In this document: piece by piece, positions 8,433 through 17,683 of the stretch
Layout: the number at the start of each line of letters is the position of its first letter
How positions within the stretch are numbered: the first letter of the stretch is position 1
Source: Geitlerinema sp. PCC 9228
GTDB lineage: Bacteria; Cyanobacteriota; Cyanobacteriia; Cyanobacteriales; PCC-9228
DNA length: 32,000 nucleotides
Direction: 5' to 3'
Assembly (NCBI RefSeq): GCF_001870905.1
Contig: NZ_LNDC01000104.1
Location: forward strand, 5,157 to 37,156
Notes under the pieces: generated by a model
What the model was told of the DNA's origin: nothing
The model's input: only the letters and a program-made list of their open reading frames with translations
Database searches by the model: none
Position numbers and translations under genes: made by a program

Positions 8433-9218
8433 ATGAGTCAAGAAAACAACCAAGTAATTCTCTCGATACGCAATCTGACCGCTGAAGTAGAAGGCACCCA
8501 GATTCTCAATGGCGTCAACCTAGAAATTAAAGCAGGAGAAACCCATGCCATCATGGGAACCAACGGGTCTGGCAAAAGCACGCTATCCAAGGTGCTTGCC
8601 GGCCATCCCGATTACCAAGTCACTGGTGGTGAGGTGATTTATCAAGGGAAAAACCTGCTGGAAATGGAAGCCGACGAGCGTTCGTTGGCAGGTATTTTCA
8701 TGGCGTTTCAGTACCCCGTGGAAATTCCTGGGGTAAGCAATTTAGAGTTTTTACGTGCTTCCTACAATTCCCAAAGAAAGGCACGGGGATTGGAAGAAAT
8801 TGATGCTTTTGATTTTGAAGATTTGGTGGAAGAGAAGCTGGATTTTGTGAAGATGGATTCCAGCTTTTTGGAACGCAACCTCAACGAAGGGTTTTCCGGC
8901 GGCGAGAAAAAACGCAACGAAATTCTGCAAATGGCTTTGCTGGAGCCTACTTTAGCGATTCTCGACGAGACGGATTCTGGGCTGGATATTGATGCTTTAA
9001 AAACGGTGGCGCATGGAGTGAATCAACTGGCAGGCCCGGAAAAATCCATGTTGGTGATTACCCACTACCAACGTTTGTTGAATTATATCGTTCCCGATTA
9101 CGTGCATGTGATGGCTAACGGACGGATTATTACCACCGGGAATAAAGAGTTGGCCGAAGAACTGGAAGAGAAAGGATACGATTGGATTAAAGAACAGACG
9201 GCAGGTGCAGGGGTATAG
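8433..9218 (+). CDS. sufC: Fe-S cluster assembly ATPase SufC
   Basis: Walker [13 protein letters not shown] signature FSGGEKKR, Walker [13 protein letters not shown]. 261 aa. Confidence 0.95.
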   Translation: MSQENNQVILSIRNLTAEVEGTQILNGVNLEIKAGETHAIMGTNGSGKSTLSKVLAGHPDYQVTGGEVIYQGKNLLEMEADERSLAGIFMAFQYPVEIPGVSNLEFLRASYNSQRKARGLEEIDAFDFEDLVEEKLDFVKMDSSFLERNLNEGFSGGEKKRNEILQMALLEPTLAILDETDSGLDIDALKTVAHGVNQLAGPEKSMLVITHYQRLLNYIVPDYVHVMANGRIITTGNKELAEELEEKGYDWIKEQTAGAGV

Positions 9219-9221
9219 GAT

Positions 9222-10589
9222 ATGAACGTGCAGGTACCGAGTGCTCAATTAAAAACTGATGCCCAAGGGCAAGCGTATTTGAAACGGCTGCTCGAACGCA
9301 CGCAAGTAACTTCGGATGGTGGCTGGTTGCAGGAAGTGCGCGATCGCGCTACGGCCATGGTTCAGGAGTTGGGCATTCCCTCTAGCAAAGATGAACAGTG
9401 GCGGTTTACCGATTTAAAACCCTTGCGGGAAACGGAATTTTCTCCCGCACAAGTTTCCCAAATTTCCCCCACTGCCTCTTTAGAGCAGCTGGGATTGAAC
9501 GTTCCAGAAGCCAAAGAAAGCCGTTTGGTATTTGTTAACGGTCGTTATGCCCCGGAATTGTCGTCAACAGCGGCCGTGCCGGCGGGGGTTTGGATCGGTC
9601 ATTTGGCAGAATTTCCCGACTCCGAACGGTTGCAGCCTTATTTGGCCCAACAACCGGGCGATCGCGAAGTGTTTACCGCCCTCAACACCACCAGTTTCCC
9701 CGATGCGGCAGTGGTGTGGATTCCCAAAAACACGGAAGTAGAACCCCCCCTGCACTTACTCTTTATAGCCACCGGCGAACAGCAACCAACCATTTCCCAT
9801 CCCCGCTGCTTGGTGGTTGCCGAACGCAGCAGTGCTTGCACCCTGATCGAAGAATACATCGTTGCCGAACGGGAGTGGTGCCAGCAACCCGTTGCAGACC
9901 AACCCTACTTCACCAACACCGTCGCCGAATTCTGGCTGCAAGAAAACGCCCAAATGAAACATGCCAGGATTCAACGGGAAGGCACCGATGCCTTTCATAT
10001 TGGCAAAAACGCCATTACCCAAGCCAAAGACAGCCGCTACAGCTGCGTTGCCATTAGTGTTGGCGCTCGTTTGGCACGTCACCATCTGGAAGTGTTCCAA
10101 GCCGGAACCGGCACGGAAACCACCCTCAACGGTCTGAGCATGGTTTGCGGCGATCAACTTTCGGACTTGCACAGCCTGATTTCCACGAACCATCCCAACG
10201 GCAAGGCCAACCAAATCCACAAATGCATCATTGACGATCGCGCCCATTCCGTGTTCAATGGGAAAATTCTGGTGCCACAAACCGCACAACAGACCGATGC
10301 CAGTCAGCTCAACCGCAACTTGCTGCTTTCGCGTCAAGGCAAAGTCAATACCAAACCCCAACTGGAAATTGTTGCCGATGATGTCAAGTGCGCCCACGGC
10401 GCTACGGTGAGCCAGTTAGAATCGGAAGAACTATTTTACCTGCAAAGTCGGGGATTGGATTTGGAAACCAGCCGCAACTTGCTGCTCGATAGTTTTTGCC
10501 GGGAAATCCTCCAAAAATTACCCGTTCCATCCCTGACGACCAAGCTCAGTCGCTGTTTTGCCTGTCGCACTAGCAGCGAAAACCAGTAA
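9222..10589 (+). CDS. sufD: Fe-S cluster assembly protein SufD
   Basis: Starts 4 nt after sufC. The C-terminal region is SufB/D-like (KCAHGATVSQLESEELFYLQSRGL). Confidence 0.9.
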   Translation: MNVQVPSAQLKTDAQGQAYLKRLLERTQVTSDGGWLQEVRDRATAMVQELGIPSSKDEQWRFTDLKPLRETEFSPAQVSQISPTASLEQLGLNVPEAKESRLVFVNGRYAPELSSTAAVPAGVWIGHLAEFPDSERLQPYLAQQPGDREVFTALNTTSFPDAAVVWIPKNTEVEPPLHLLFIATGEQQPTISHPRCLVVAERSSACTLIEEYIVAEREWCQQPVADQPYFTNTVAEFWLQENAQMKHARIQREGTDAFHIGKNAITQAKDSRYSCVAISVGARLARHHLEVFQAGTGTETTLNGLSMVCGDQLSDLHSLISTNHPNGKANQIHKCIIDDRAHSVFNGKILVPQTAQQTDASQLNRNLLLSRQGKVNTKPQLEIVADDVKCAHGATVSQLESEELFYLQSRGLDLETSRNLLLDSFCREILQKLPVPSLTTKLSRCFACRTSSENQ

Positions 10590-10703
10590 AAACAGAAACC
10601 CTTCTTTTAGATTTTTTCCATAGCAATCGGCATTTTTTGCCATAAGGTGCAGATTGCTCTGTACGCTCTTCCCTTTACGTCTGCTTGCTGGACAGTACAA
10701 TCT

Positions 10704-11966
10704 ATGACTCTCGCTCAAGAACCCACCCTTGCTCACCGCGTACGCACCGATTTCCCAATTTTAAACCAAGAAATCGAGGGAAATCCTTTGGTGTATTTCG
10801 ACAATGCGGCCACTTCCCAAAAACCCAAAGCTGTGATCGAGGCCCTGCAAAACTACTACGAAAGGGATAATGCCAACGTTCATCGGGGCATCCACGAACT
10901 GAGTGCCAGGGCAACCGAAGCTTTTGAGGGAACTCGGGATAAAGTGGCGCGGTTGATCGATGCCGCTTCCCGCGAAGAAATTGTCTACACCCGCAATGCC
11001 ACGGAAGCTGTCAATTTGGTGGCCTATAGCTGGGGGATGAATACCCTACAGCCGGGGGATGAAATTATTCTCACGGTGATGGAACACCACAGCAATTTGG
11101 TGCCCTGGCAGTTTGTGGCCCAAAAAACCGGTGCCACGCTGAAATTTGTGGAACCCACCGAAACCGGCGAGTTCAATCTCGACCAGTTTCAGTCGTTAAT
11201 TTCCCATCGCACCAAGCTGGTGGGAGTGGTGCACGTTTCCAATATGTTGGGATGCATTTCCCCGGTGGTGGAAATTACTGATATTGCCCACCGCTACGGG
11301 GCCAAAGTGTTGGTGGATGCCTGTCAAAGCGTTCCCCACATGCCAGTAGACGTGCAGAAAATTGATTGCGACTGGCTGGTGGCTTCCGGACATAAAATGT
11401 GCGCTCCCACCGGTATTGGCTTTTTGTACGGAAAACTGGATTTGCTGCGGGAAATGTCCCCGTTTTTAGGCGGTGGGGAGATGATTGGTGAGGTGTTTTT
11501 GGACCATTCTACCTACGCGGATTTGCCCCACAAGTTTGAAGCGGGAACGCCGGCCATTGGCGAAGCCATTGCGTTGGGAGCGGCGGTAGATTACCTCAGC
11601 AATATTGGCATGGAAACCATCTATGCCTACGAAAAACAGCTGACCCAGTACCTGTTCAAACGCTTGGAAGAAGTTCCGGGCATGACCTATTACGGGCCCT
11701 CCCCGAATCCCGACGGCGGTGGCAGAGCTTCCCTGGTAACGTTTACTAACGCAACTGTGCATCCGCAAGATTTGGCGACCCTTTTAGACCGCGAAGGCAT
11801 TGCCATTCGTTCTGGCCACCACTGTACGCAACCTTTGCATCGTCATTATGGGATTCAATCTACAGCCAGGGCTAGTGTGTATTTTTACAATACCCGCGAG
11901 GAAATCGATCGCTTTATTGCTGCTTTGCAAGAAACGATTGAGTTCTTTAGCAGCATTATGGAATAG
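10704..11966 (+). CDS. sufS: cysteine desulfurase SufS (class II aminotransferase V)
   Basis: [10 protein letters not shown], the PLP-lysine region [12 protein letters not shown] and the active-site loop RSGHHCTQP. Start set at ATG 10704 ([10 protein letters not shown]...); the ORF-track ATG at 10647 adds a hydrophobic non-conserved leader. Confidence 0.9.
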   Translation: MTLAQEPTLAHRVRTDFPILNQEIEGNPLVYFDNAATSQKPKAVIEALQNYYERDNANVHRGIHELSARATEAFEGTRDKVARLIDAASREEIVYTRNATEAVNLVAYSWGMNTLQPGDEIILTVMEHHSNLVPWQFVAQKTGATLKFVEPTETGEFNLDQFQSLISHRTKLVGVVHVSNMLGCISPVVEITDIAHRYGAKVLVDACQSVPHMPVDVQKIDCDWLVASGHKMCAPTGIGFLYGKLDLLREMSPFLGGGEMIGEVFLDHSTYADLPHKFEAGTPAIGEAIALGAAVDYLSNIGMETIYAYEKQLTQYLFKRLEEVPGMTYYGPSPNPDGGGRASLVTFTNATVHPQDLATLLDREGIAIRSGHHCTQPLHRHYGIQSTARASVYFYNTREEIDRFIAALQETIEFFSSIME

Positions 11967-12023
11967 GGAAGCACCAAAAATTTCCCCGCTATCTGCCGCT
12001 ACCGGTTGGCTCGTTTCCCGTTT

Positions 12024-12050
12024 AGCCCGCAACACGCGGGCTTTGTTTTT
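12024..12050 (+). terminator. Rho-independent terminator of the suf operon
   Basis: AGCCCGC-AACAC-GCGGGCT (7-bp perfect stem) followed by TTGTTTTT, 58 nt after the sufS stop. Confidence 0.7.
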
Positions 12051-12114
12051 GCTTGTCGGCTTTTGGTGGACGCGCTGCGATCGCGGCAGTCAATTGTTGC
12101 TTGAGAGAGTCCCA

Positions 12115-12225
12115 TTTTCTAGAAAATATGCAATAAATAATCGGTGTGTTTTTCTAGAAACCCTTGACAGGGCGCCCCTACCAAAGAAACTAGAAAATCC
12201 CAGCAAATTATTATTTTTCAGAAAC
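12115..12225 (+). repeat. dispersed hairpin-repeat family, copy D (hairpin centre collapsed to AGGGCGCCCC)
   Basis: The left module TTTTCTAGAAAATATGCAATAAATAATCGG matches 12464-12496. GCGCCCCTACCA and TTTTTCAGAAA match copy A at 17627-17680. Confidence 0.6.
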
Positions 12226-12463
12226 AGCAAAAAGAAAAGATTTTTATTTGTCAAGAAAAAATAGCAAAACTTAATAGTTTTTCTAAAAAAAATATATACA
12301 GACAGTTTGTGATATGGTAAATGGGAGAACTGACTCTTTTTCAGAAATTGTCTGCATCCGAAAAATTGGGCAGCTATTCATTGCATGATTTCTGCAATAG
12401 TGCTGGAAACTTTAAAGATAGATGTTCTACTATAACAGTTTTATTAGACTGCAAAGACGCTGT

Positions 12464-12574
12464 TTTTCTATAAAATTATGCAATACATAATTGGATATGC
12501 AGGGAAATTTCGCGAAGCACCTCTAGCGGGAGAACTGGGAAAACTCCATACAATCGCTTTTTTCTCAGAAATGG
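12464..12574 (+). repeat. dispersed hairpin-repeat family, copy B (degenerate hairpin arms)
   Basis: TTTTCTATAAAATTATGCAATACATAATTGG ... TTTCGCGAAGC ... CCATACAATCGCTTTTTTCTCAGAAATGG is collinear with copy A (CCATACAATCGTTGTTTTTCAGAAATGG). Confidence 0.65.
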
Positions 12575-12881
12575 GGTTCGATAGTAGAAATTAGGAGGAA
12601 GTAGCAGAACATTGTAAGTTCGTTGGGCAAATGATTTTTTCATAGGGGCAATTCCAGAAAAAAATGTCCACAAGCAACCATTTCCTGGCAATGTCACCAG
12701 CACTGTAGCTGGGAAATTGTCTATTTTTACAAGGGGAATCTAGGAGCGACCAATCCTATTGATGCTTGTTGTTTTAGGGAAGAAACCAAACAGCATTGCT
12801 TGGGTAGGGAAGCTAGCGCATCTGACAATTTCTATTTTGGTTTCGCACTCATCAGAGGTTCTTTGGCGAGGTCTGCAACCC

Positions 12882-14939
12882 ATGCTAAGCAATTCCAAGG
12901 GCGTACCCACAACCCAAACCGAGTTAGAATCTATTCTAGTTGTAGACGATACACCCACAAACATCCATTTGTTGGTACGCATTTTGAGCCAAAAAGGCTA
13001 CGAAGTTTTGGTTAGTTACAACGGTCAGCAAGCGCTCTCTCAATTAGAAACAAAAACCCCGGATTTAATTTTAATGGATGTCATGATGCCAGATATGGAT
13101 GGCTACGAACTGTGCCAGCATATTAAAGCTGACAGTCGCTGGCAACAGATTCCTGTTATTTTTCTCAGTGCTGCTGATGGTGTAGAAGATAAAGTCAAGG
13201 CTTTTGCGGTCGGTGGTGCTGATTATATTGCCAAACCATTTCAAATGGCAGAGTTACTGGCTCGCATTGACAATCAAATGGGATTGCGGCGGTTGCAAAA
13301 GCAGTTGGTACAAAAAAACGAAGCACTGCAAAAAGAAATTGGGGAACGGGAGTTGCTCGAACAAAACTTGCAGGTTTCGGAGGAAAAACTACGGGGATTT
13401 TTTGGGGCTATCAACGATATTGTTTTAATTTTAAACGCCCAAACCAGTGATATTGAGGTAGCTCCCACTAGACCTGCCATTTATAGCGATGCCGATAGTG
13501 ATTTTATTGGGGTAACCATCGAACAATTTTTTCTAGAAAATGCCGATAGCTGGTGGAAATGGGTGCATCAAGCATTGCAAACGCAACAAACGGTAAATTT
13601 TGATTATAATCTGTATTGTGGCGATCGCGAGGTTTGGTTTGCTGCCAATATTTCTCCTCTTCCCAACCATACCGTCATTTGGGTGGCGCGCGATATTACC
13701 GAACGCAAACAGGCAGAAGCCAAAATCCAGCAAACTTCTCAAGCTTTAGCAGAATTTAGCAACCACCTCAAACAGCTACACCGGTTGAATACCACCAACC
13801 ACCAAGATTTTGAAGATGTATTCCATGATTTTCTGCAAACTGGGTTGGAAATTTTTGATGCATCCACTGGTATCATCAGCCAAATTGATGGCAATTTGTA
13901 TACAATCTACGCAGTTGTTTCCGAACTTCATTCCTTTTTCCCCCAGCAGAAATTTTCCCTATCGGATACCTACTGCCAACAGGTTGTTGACCGGCAAAAA
14001 ACTGTCAGTTACGCCGATGCTAATGAATTAGAAACCATACCAAGTCATACCGTAGATGGTCATTGGGATATAAAATCTTATATCGGTACGCCGATTTGGG
14101 TAAATGGGAAATTGTATGGTACGTTAAATTTCTCTTCCACCAAAAATCGCGAAAAAGAATTTAGCGATCGCGAACGGGAAACCATCGAGTTAATGGCAGA
14201 AAGTTTGGGCAAACTGATTGCTACCTATCAGGCAGAAACCAAACGACAAAAAGCGGAAGCTGCTTTACGCATGGCTCAGCAAAAATCCGATGCTTTGCTG
14301 TTAAATATTCTCCCCCGTTCTATTGCCAATCGCCTCAAAGAAGAACGCATTGCCCCCAACCAAACCCATCCGGCACTGGCACAGCAATACGAAAGCGCTA
14401 CCATTTTATTTGCCGATATTGTAGGATTTACCTCCCTTTCCGAAAAACTGACCCCAATTACCCTAGTAAACTTACTAAACGAAATTTTTTCTACCTTCGA
14501 TCGCACCATCGAACAATACGGTCTGGAAAAAATCAAAACCATCGGCGATGCCTACATGATTGCCGGCGGCTTGCCAACCCCCATGCCCAACCATGCAGAA
14601 GCGATCGCGGATATGGCACTATCCATGCAGGAATTTATCCACTATTTCCAAAACCAAGTTCCCAGCCAATATCCTGAGAAACTGCAACTACGCATTGGCA
14701 TCAACACGGGGTCGGTGGTTGCCGGGGTCATTGGCATCAAGAAATTTATCTACGATCTGTGGGGAGACACAGTCAATGTCGCCTCCCGCATGGAATCGAG
14801 CGGTTTGCCTGGCAAAATCCAAGTCACCGAAGCCACCTACAACCTCCTCAAAGACCGCTATCACTTGGAAAAACGTGGTTGCATCCCCGTCAAAGGCAAA
14901 GGCAACATGACCACCTACTGGTTGCAAGAGAAACGATAA
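12882..14939 (+). CDS. response-regulator receiver / PAS / GAF / class III adenylate cyclase multidomain protein
   Basis: REC domain (ILVVDDTPTN...DLILMDVMMPDMDGYE...K), a coiled linker, a PAS-like then a GAF-like region, and a C-terminal cyclase homology domain (FADIVGFTSL, KTIGDAYM, YDLWGDTVNVASRMES). Start placed at ATG 12882; the ORF-track ATG at 12759 is also possible. Confidence 0.85.
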   Translation: MLSNSKGVPTTQTELESILVVDDTPTNIHLLVRILSQKGYEVLVSYNGQQALSQLETKTPDLILMDVMMPDMDGYELCQHIKADSRWQQIPVIFLSAADGVEDKVKAFAVGGADYIAKPFQMAELLARIDNQMGLRRLQKQLVQKNEALQKEIGERELLEQNLQVSEEKLRGFFGAINDIVLILNAQTSDIEVAPTRPAIYSDADSDFIGVTIEQFFLENADSWWKWVHQALQTQQTVNFDYNLYCGDREVWFAANISPLPNHTVIWVARDITERKQAEAKIQQTSQALAEFSNHLKQLHRLNTTNHQDFEDVFHDFLQTGLEIFDASTGIISQIDGNLYTIYAVVSELHSFFPQQKFSLSDTYCQQVVDRQKTVSYADANELETIPSHTVDGHWDIKSYIGTPIWVNGKLYGTLNFSSTKNREKEFSDRERETIELMAESLGKLIATYQAETKRQKAEAALRMAQQKSDALLLNILPRSIANRLKEERIAPNQTHPALAQQYESATILFADIVGFTSLSEKLTPITLVNLLNEIFSTFDRTIEQYGLEKIKTIGDAYMIAGGLPTPMPNHAEAIADMALSMQEFIHYFQNQVPSQYPEKLQLRIGINTGSVVAGVIGIKKFIYDLWGDTVNVASRMESSGLPGKIQVTEATYNLLKDRYHLEKRGCIPVKGKGNMTTYWLQEKR

Positions 14940-15020
14940 CGCCTCCCCACTGGGCTTGGGAATATGGAACAATAGAAAACAATTGCACCTATCCACACGG
15001 GATATATCAAGGACACGCTT

Positions 15021-15542
15021 ATGCCACGCAGCCAACGCAACGATAACTTTATCGATAAAAGCTTCACCGTCATGGCAGATATTATTTTGAAGATGATGCC
15101 TGCCAAAAACAAAGCTAAAGAAGCCTTTGCCTACTACCGAGATGGTATGTCAGCGCAATCGGATGGGGAATATGCCGAGGCTTTGGAAAACTACTACGAA
15201 GCTTTGAAGCTGGAAGAAGACCCCAACGACCGCAGCTACATTCTTTACAATATTGGGTTGATCCACACCAGCAACGGCGAACACGAGAAGGCTTTGGAAT
15301 ATTACCACCAAGCTTTGGAAGAAAATGCCAATTTGCCCCAAGCTTTGAACAATATTGCTGTGATTTACCACTACCGCGGCGAACAAGCTAAAGAAGCCGG
15401 CAATGGTGACGAAGCCGACCAATGGTATGACAAGGCAGCAGAATACTGGCTGCAAGCGATTCGTTTGGCTCCCAATAACTATATCGAAGCTCAAAACTGG
15501 TTGAAAACCACGGGTCGCTCTAAGGCGGATATCTTTTTCTAA
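15021..15542 (+). CDS. ycf3: photosystem I assembly protein Ycf3 (TPR)
   Basis: [24 protein letters not shown]...[25 protein letters not shown]...[14 protein letters not shown] is near-identical in pattern to known Ycf3 proteins. Confidence 0.95.
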   Translation: MPRSQRNDNFIDKSFTVMADIILKMMPAKNKAKEAFAYYRDGMSAQSDGEYAEALENYYEALKLEEDPNDRSYILYNIGLIHTSNGEHEKALEYYHQALEENANLPQALNNIAVIYHYRGEQAKEAGNGDEADQWYDKAAEYWLQAIRLAPNNYIEAQNWLKTTGRSKADIFF

Positions 15543-15604
15543 AGATTGACGAACTACCGCATTGGTTTGGCTTGTTGTTGGATATCTGGATTTTAAGAAC
15601 AATT

Positions 15605-15889
15605 ATGGATAGAGAACAAGTACGTAAAGTGGCTCAGTTGGCACGTTTGGAGCTAACCCCAGAGGAAGAAGAACAGTTTGAAAGTCAGCTCAGTCAAATT
15701 TTGGATTATTTCGAGCAGTTGCGGGAGCTAGATACGGAGAACGTTCCGCCGACAACTCGTGCGATCGATACCAGCAATATTACCCGCGAGGATGAAGTTC
15801 GTACCTACGAACATCGCGATGATTTGCTCAATTCGGCTCCCGATCGCGAGGATGATTTCTTCAAAGTGCCGCGAATTTTAGACCAATAA
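15605..15889 (+). CDS. gatC: Asp/Glu-tRNA amidotransferase subunit C
   Basis: [39 protein letters not shown]...[10 protein letters not shown] is typical of GatC. 94 aa from ATG 15605. Confidence 0.9.
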   Translation: MDREQVRKVAQLARLELTPEEEEQFESQLSQILDYFEQLRELDTENVPPTTRAIDTSNITREDEVRTYEHRDDLLNSAPDREDDFFKVPRILDQ

Positions 15890-15910
15890 GCTGGCGGAAA
15901 ATTGGCTTTG

Positions 15911-15950
15911 GGTGCGTTGTTCGATTGTTCGATCGACGCACCTCGTTTTT
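15911..15950 (+). terminator. Rho-independent terminator after gatC
   Basis: GGTGCGT-N18-ACGCACC (7-bp stem) followed by TCGTTTTT. Confidence 0.55.
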
Positions 15951-15990
15951 GTGGGTATGCTGGTTTTGGTATGAGTTGCTGGTTATAGAA
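15946..15990 (+). repeat. left copy of the imperfect direct repeat bracketing the methyltransferase islet
   Basis: Contains TTTTGGTATG (15964-15973) and TGGTTATAGA (15980-15989). Both exact 10-mers recur in the same order at 20325-20334 and 20355-20364. Confidence 0.45.
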
Positions 15991-15997
15991 CGCTCAG

Positions 15998-17146
15998 ATG
16001 AAAAACAAAACAATTACTACAGTGGAATTATTCGCTGGCATTGGGGGATTTCGTTTAGCATGCGATCGCTTGGGGATTCAAACAATTTGGGCAAACGACA
16101 TTAACGAACTAGCGGCTACCGTCTATCGCGATCGATTTCGGGAAACAGAATTTGTTCGTGGCGATATTCAATCTTTCAAACATCTGGTTCCCAACCACAA
16201 TTTGTTAACAGCAGGCTTTCCCTGCCAACCTTTCTCTAGTGCCGGTAAAAAACAAGGAATTACCGATCCCAAGGGAACGCTATTTGCTACGATTGTCGAA
16301 ATTCTACATGAAAAGCAACCCCAATTTTTTGTGTTAGAAAATGTCAAGAGGTTGCTTTCTATGGATGCGGGAAGACATTTTGGTACTATTTTACATGCTC
16401 TCACTGAATTGGGGTATTTTTTAGAGTGGCGATTGCTTAATGCTATGCATTTTGGACTGCCTCAGTATCGGGAAAGAACGATAATTGTGGGAACCAAGAA
16501 AAGTTTTACACCTTCTTGTTATCTCGCCACAGATGAAGATTTATGTACTGTTAGCGATCGCATTTTATCGGAAATAACACAATTTCAAAATTGGTGGCCA
16601 ATTACCAAACATGGTAAAAAATTCCCGACATGGGGACTAGCTTATCAAAAGAAATTTTATGGTATTACCTTCAAAGATTTTCAAAACCGTTTTCCAACCA
16701 AAAGACTAAAAGATGTTTTACAAAAAGATGTCGATGCGCGCTTCGATTTTACAGAGGATACCCAAAAACGCTTGCTTCAAAGTACCAAAGTCAACCGATT
16801 TTATAACTCTGTAGAAATTATTTACAACCAAAAAGGAGGTTCCCGTATGGGGTATACCGTTTTTGGGATTCATGGAGTAGCACCTACCTTAACATCAACA
16901 ACCAGCCGCCATTACGAACGATATTCCATTAATGGAAGATTTCGCCGACTTACAGATGTTGAATATGCTAGGATTCAAGGATTTCCAGACCATCACTGTC
17001 ACCTAGCACCATTGTACGACCGATACGCTTTGTACGGCAATGCTGTTCCTCCAGCAATGGTGTATTGGGTTATCGATCGCATCATCAATCAAAAAATCAC
17101 AAAAATAGAATCAAATTTTCCGGTACAAATGGCGTTGTTTGGATAA
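15998..17146 (+). CDS. DNA (cytosine-5)-methyltransferase
   Basis: Motif I ELFAGIGGF, motif IV GFPCQPFS (catalytic Cys), motif VI VLENVKRL, motif VIII LPQYRERTIIVG, a variable target-recognition region, and motif X YGNAVPPAMV. Confidence 0.92.
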   Translation: MKNKTITTVELFAGIGGFRLACDRLGIQTIWANDINELAATVYRDRFRETEFVRGDIQSFKHLVPNHNLLTAGFPCQPFSSAGKKQGITDPKGTLFATIVEILHEKQPQFFVLENVKRLLSMDAGRHFGTILHALTELGYFLEWRLLNAMHFGLPQYRERTIIVGTKKSFTPSCYLATDEDLCTVSDRILSEITQFQNWWPITKHGKKFPTWGLAYQKKFYGITFKDFQNRFPTKRLKDVLQKDVDARFDFTEDTQKRLLQSTKVNRFYNSVEIIYNQKGGSRMGYTVFGIHGVAPTLTSTTSRHYERYSINGRFRRLTDVEYARIQGFPDHHCHLAPLYDRYALYGNAVPPAMVYWVIDRIINQKITKIESNFPVQMALFG

Positions 17147-17601
17147 TAAAAAGTCAACAACTACGAGAGATTGTTTTTCAAAATATTGGTAAATTAGACA
17201 ATTTGAAACCTGTCCTCAAGCGATTGTATCCTCAAACGGGAATTCCTTACTGGTATAATTATTTGGAAGAAAATCATGCTTTGCCAAAAGTTGGGGTCAA
17301 AGCAGTTTCTAGTGTCATTGAAAGTCTAACAGTTGGCGTTCTTGAAACGTATACTCTCAAGGAGTTTTTGGGAAGCAGTCAACTTTCTATACAACCTGCT
17401 AAAGGCGTAGATATTCCCGAAATCGAATTAAGTATTAAATCACCTTCTGAAAACTATTGTACGAGCGAGCCTTTTTTCTCTGCTTACGAACGACTGCTAG
17501 GGAGTCAAAATGATGCGATTGTCTTCTTAACAAACTATCAAACCATGAAAAACGCTCTACCTTTATACCATTTCCTTAATAATCTGCAAGAGATAATATA
17601 G
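17065..17601 (+). CDS. hypothetical protein (178 aa); possible 5' half of an interrupted methyltransferase-partner gene
   Basis: ATG 17065 overlaps the MTase 3' end by 82 nt in another frame. There is no in-frame ATG/GTG after the MTase stop until TTG 17203. The ORF ends at TAG 17599 inside or at the edge of repeat copy A. No family recognised. Confidence 0.4.
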   Translation: MGYRSHHQSKNHKNRIKFSGTNGVVWIIKSQQLREIVFQNIGKLDNLKPVLKRLYPQTGIPYWYNYLEENHALPKVGVKAVSSVIESLTVGVLETYTLKEFLGSSQLSIQPAKGVDIPEIELSIKSPSENYCTSEPFFSAYERLLGSQNDAIVFLTNYQTMKNALPLYHFLNNLQEII

Positions 17602-17683
17602 GCATTTTTGTAGGGGCGCTTCGCGAAGCGCCCCTACCAGGGCAATTGGCAAATACCATACAATCGTTGTTTTTCAGAAATGG
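17571..17683 (+). repeat. dispersed hairpin-repeat family, copy A (MITE-like); perfect 26-nt palindrome at 17611-17636
   Basis: TAGGGGCGCTTCGCGAAGCGCCCCTA is a perfect palindrome. The right module CCATACAATCGTTGTTTTTCAGAAATGG matches copy B. The left boundary is uncertain: the weaker match of 17571-17600 to the B/D left module is arguable. Confidence 0.6.

Noticed and set aside
9756-10397. 213-aa antisense ORF inside sufD (also 7536-7931 in sufB and 6165-6674 opposite ftrC and the operators)
   Set aside because: Gly/Ala/Val-rich antisense shadows of real genes, with no start context or recognisable domains.
12571-12590. GGGGTTCGATAG, a T-loop-like string that suggested a tRNA
   Set aside because: No acceptor, D or anticodon stems can be drawn around it. 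It is the tail of repeat copy B.
11800-12703. ORFs of 154 aa (plus) and 75 aa (minus) in the sufS-cyclase spacer
   Set aside because: The first starts out of frame inside sufS and runs through the terminator and repeat copies. The second lies on repeat copy B. Both are low-complexity Lys/Phe/Leu-rich translations of AT-rich DNA.
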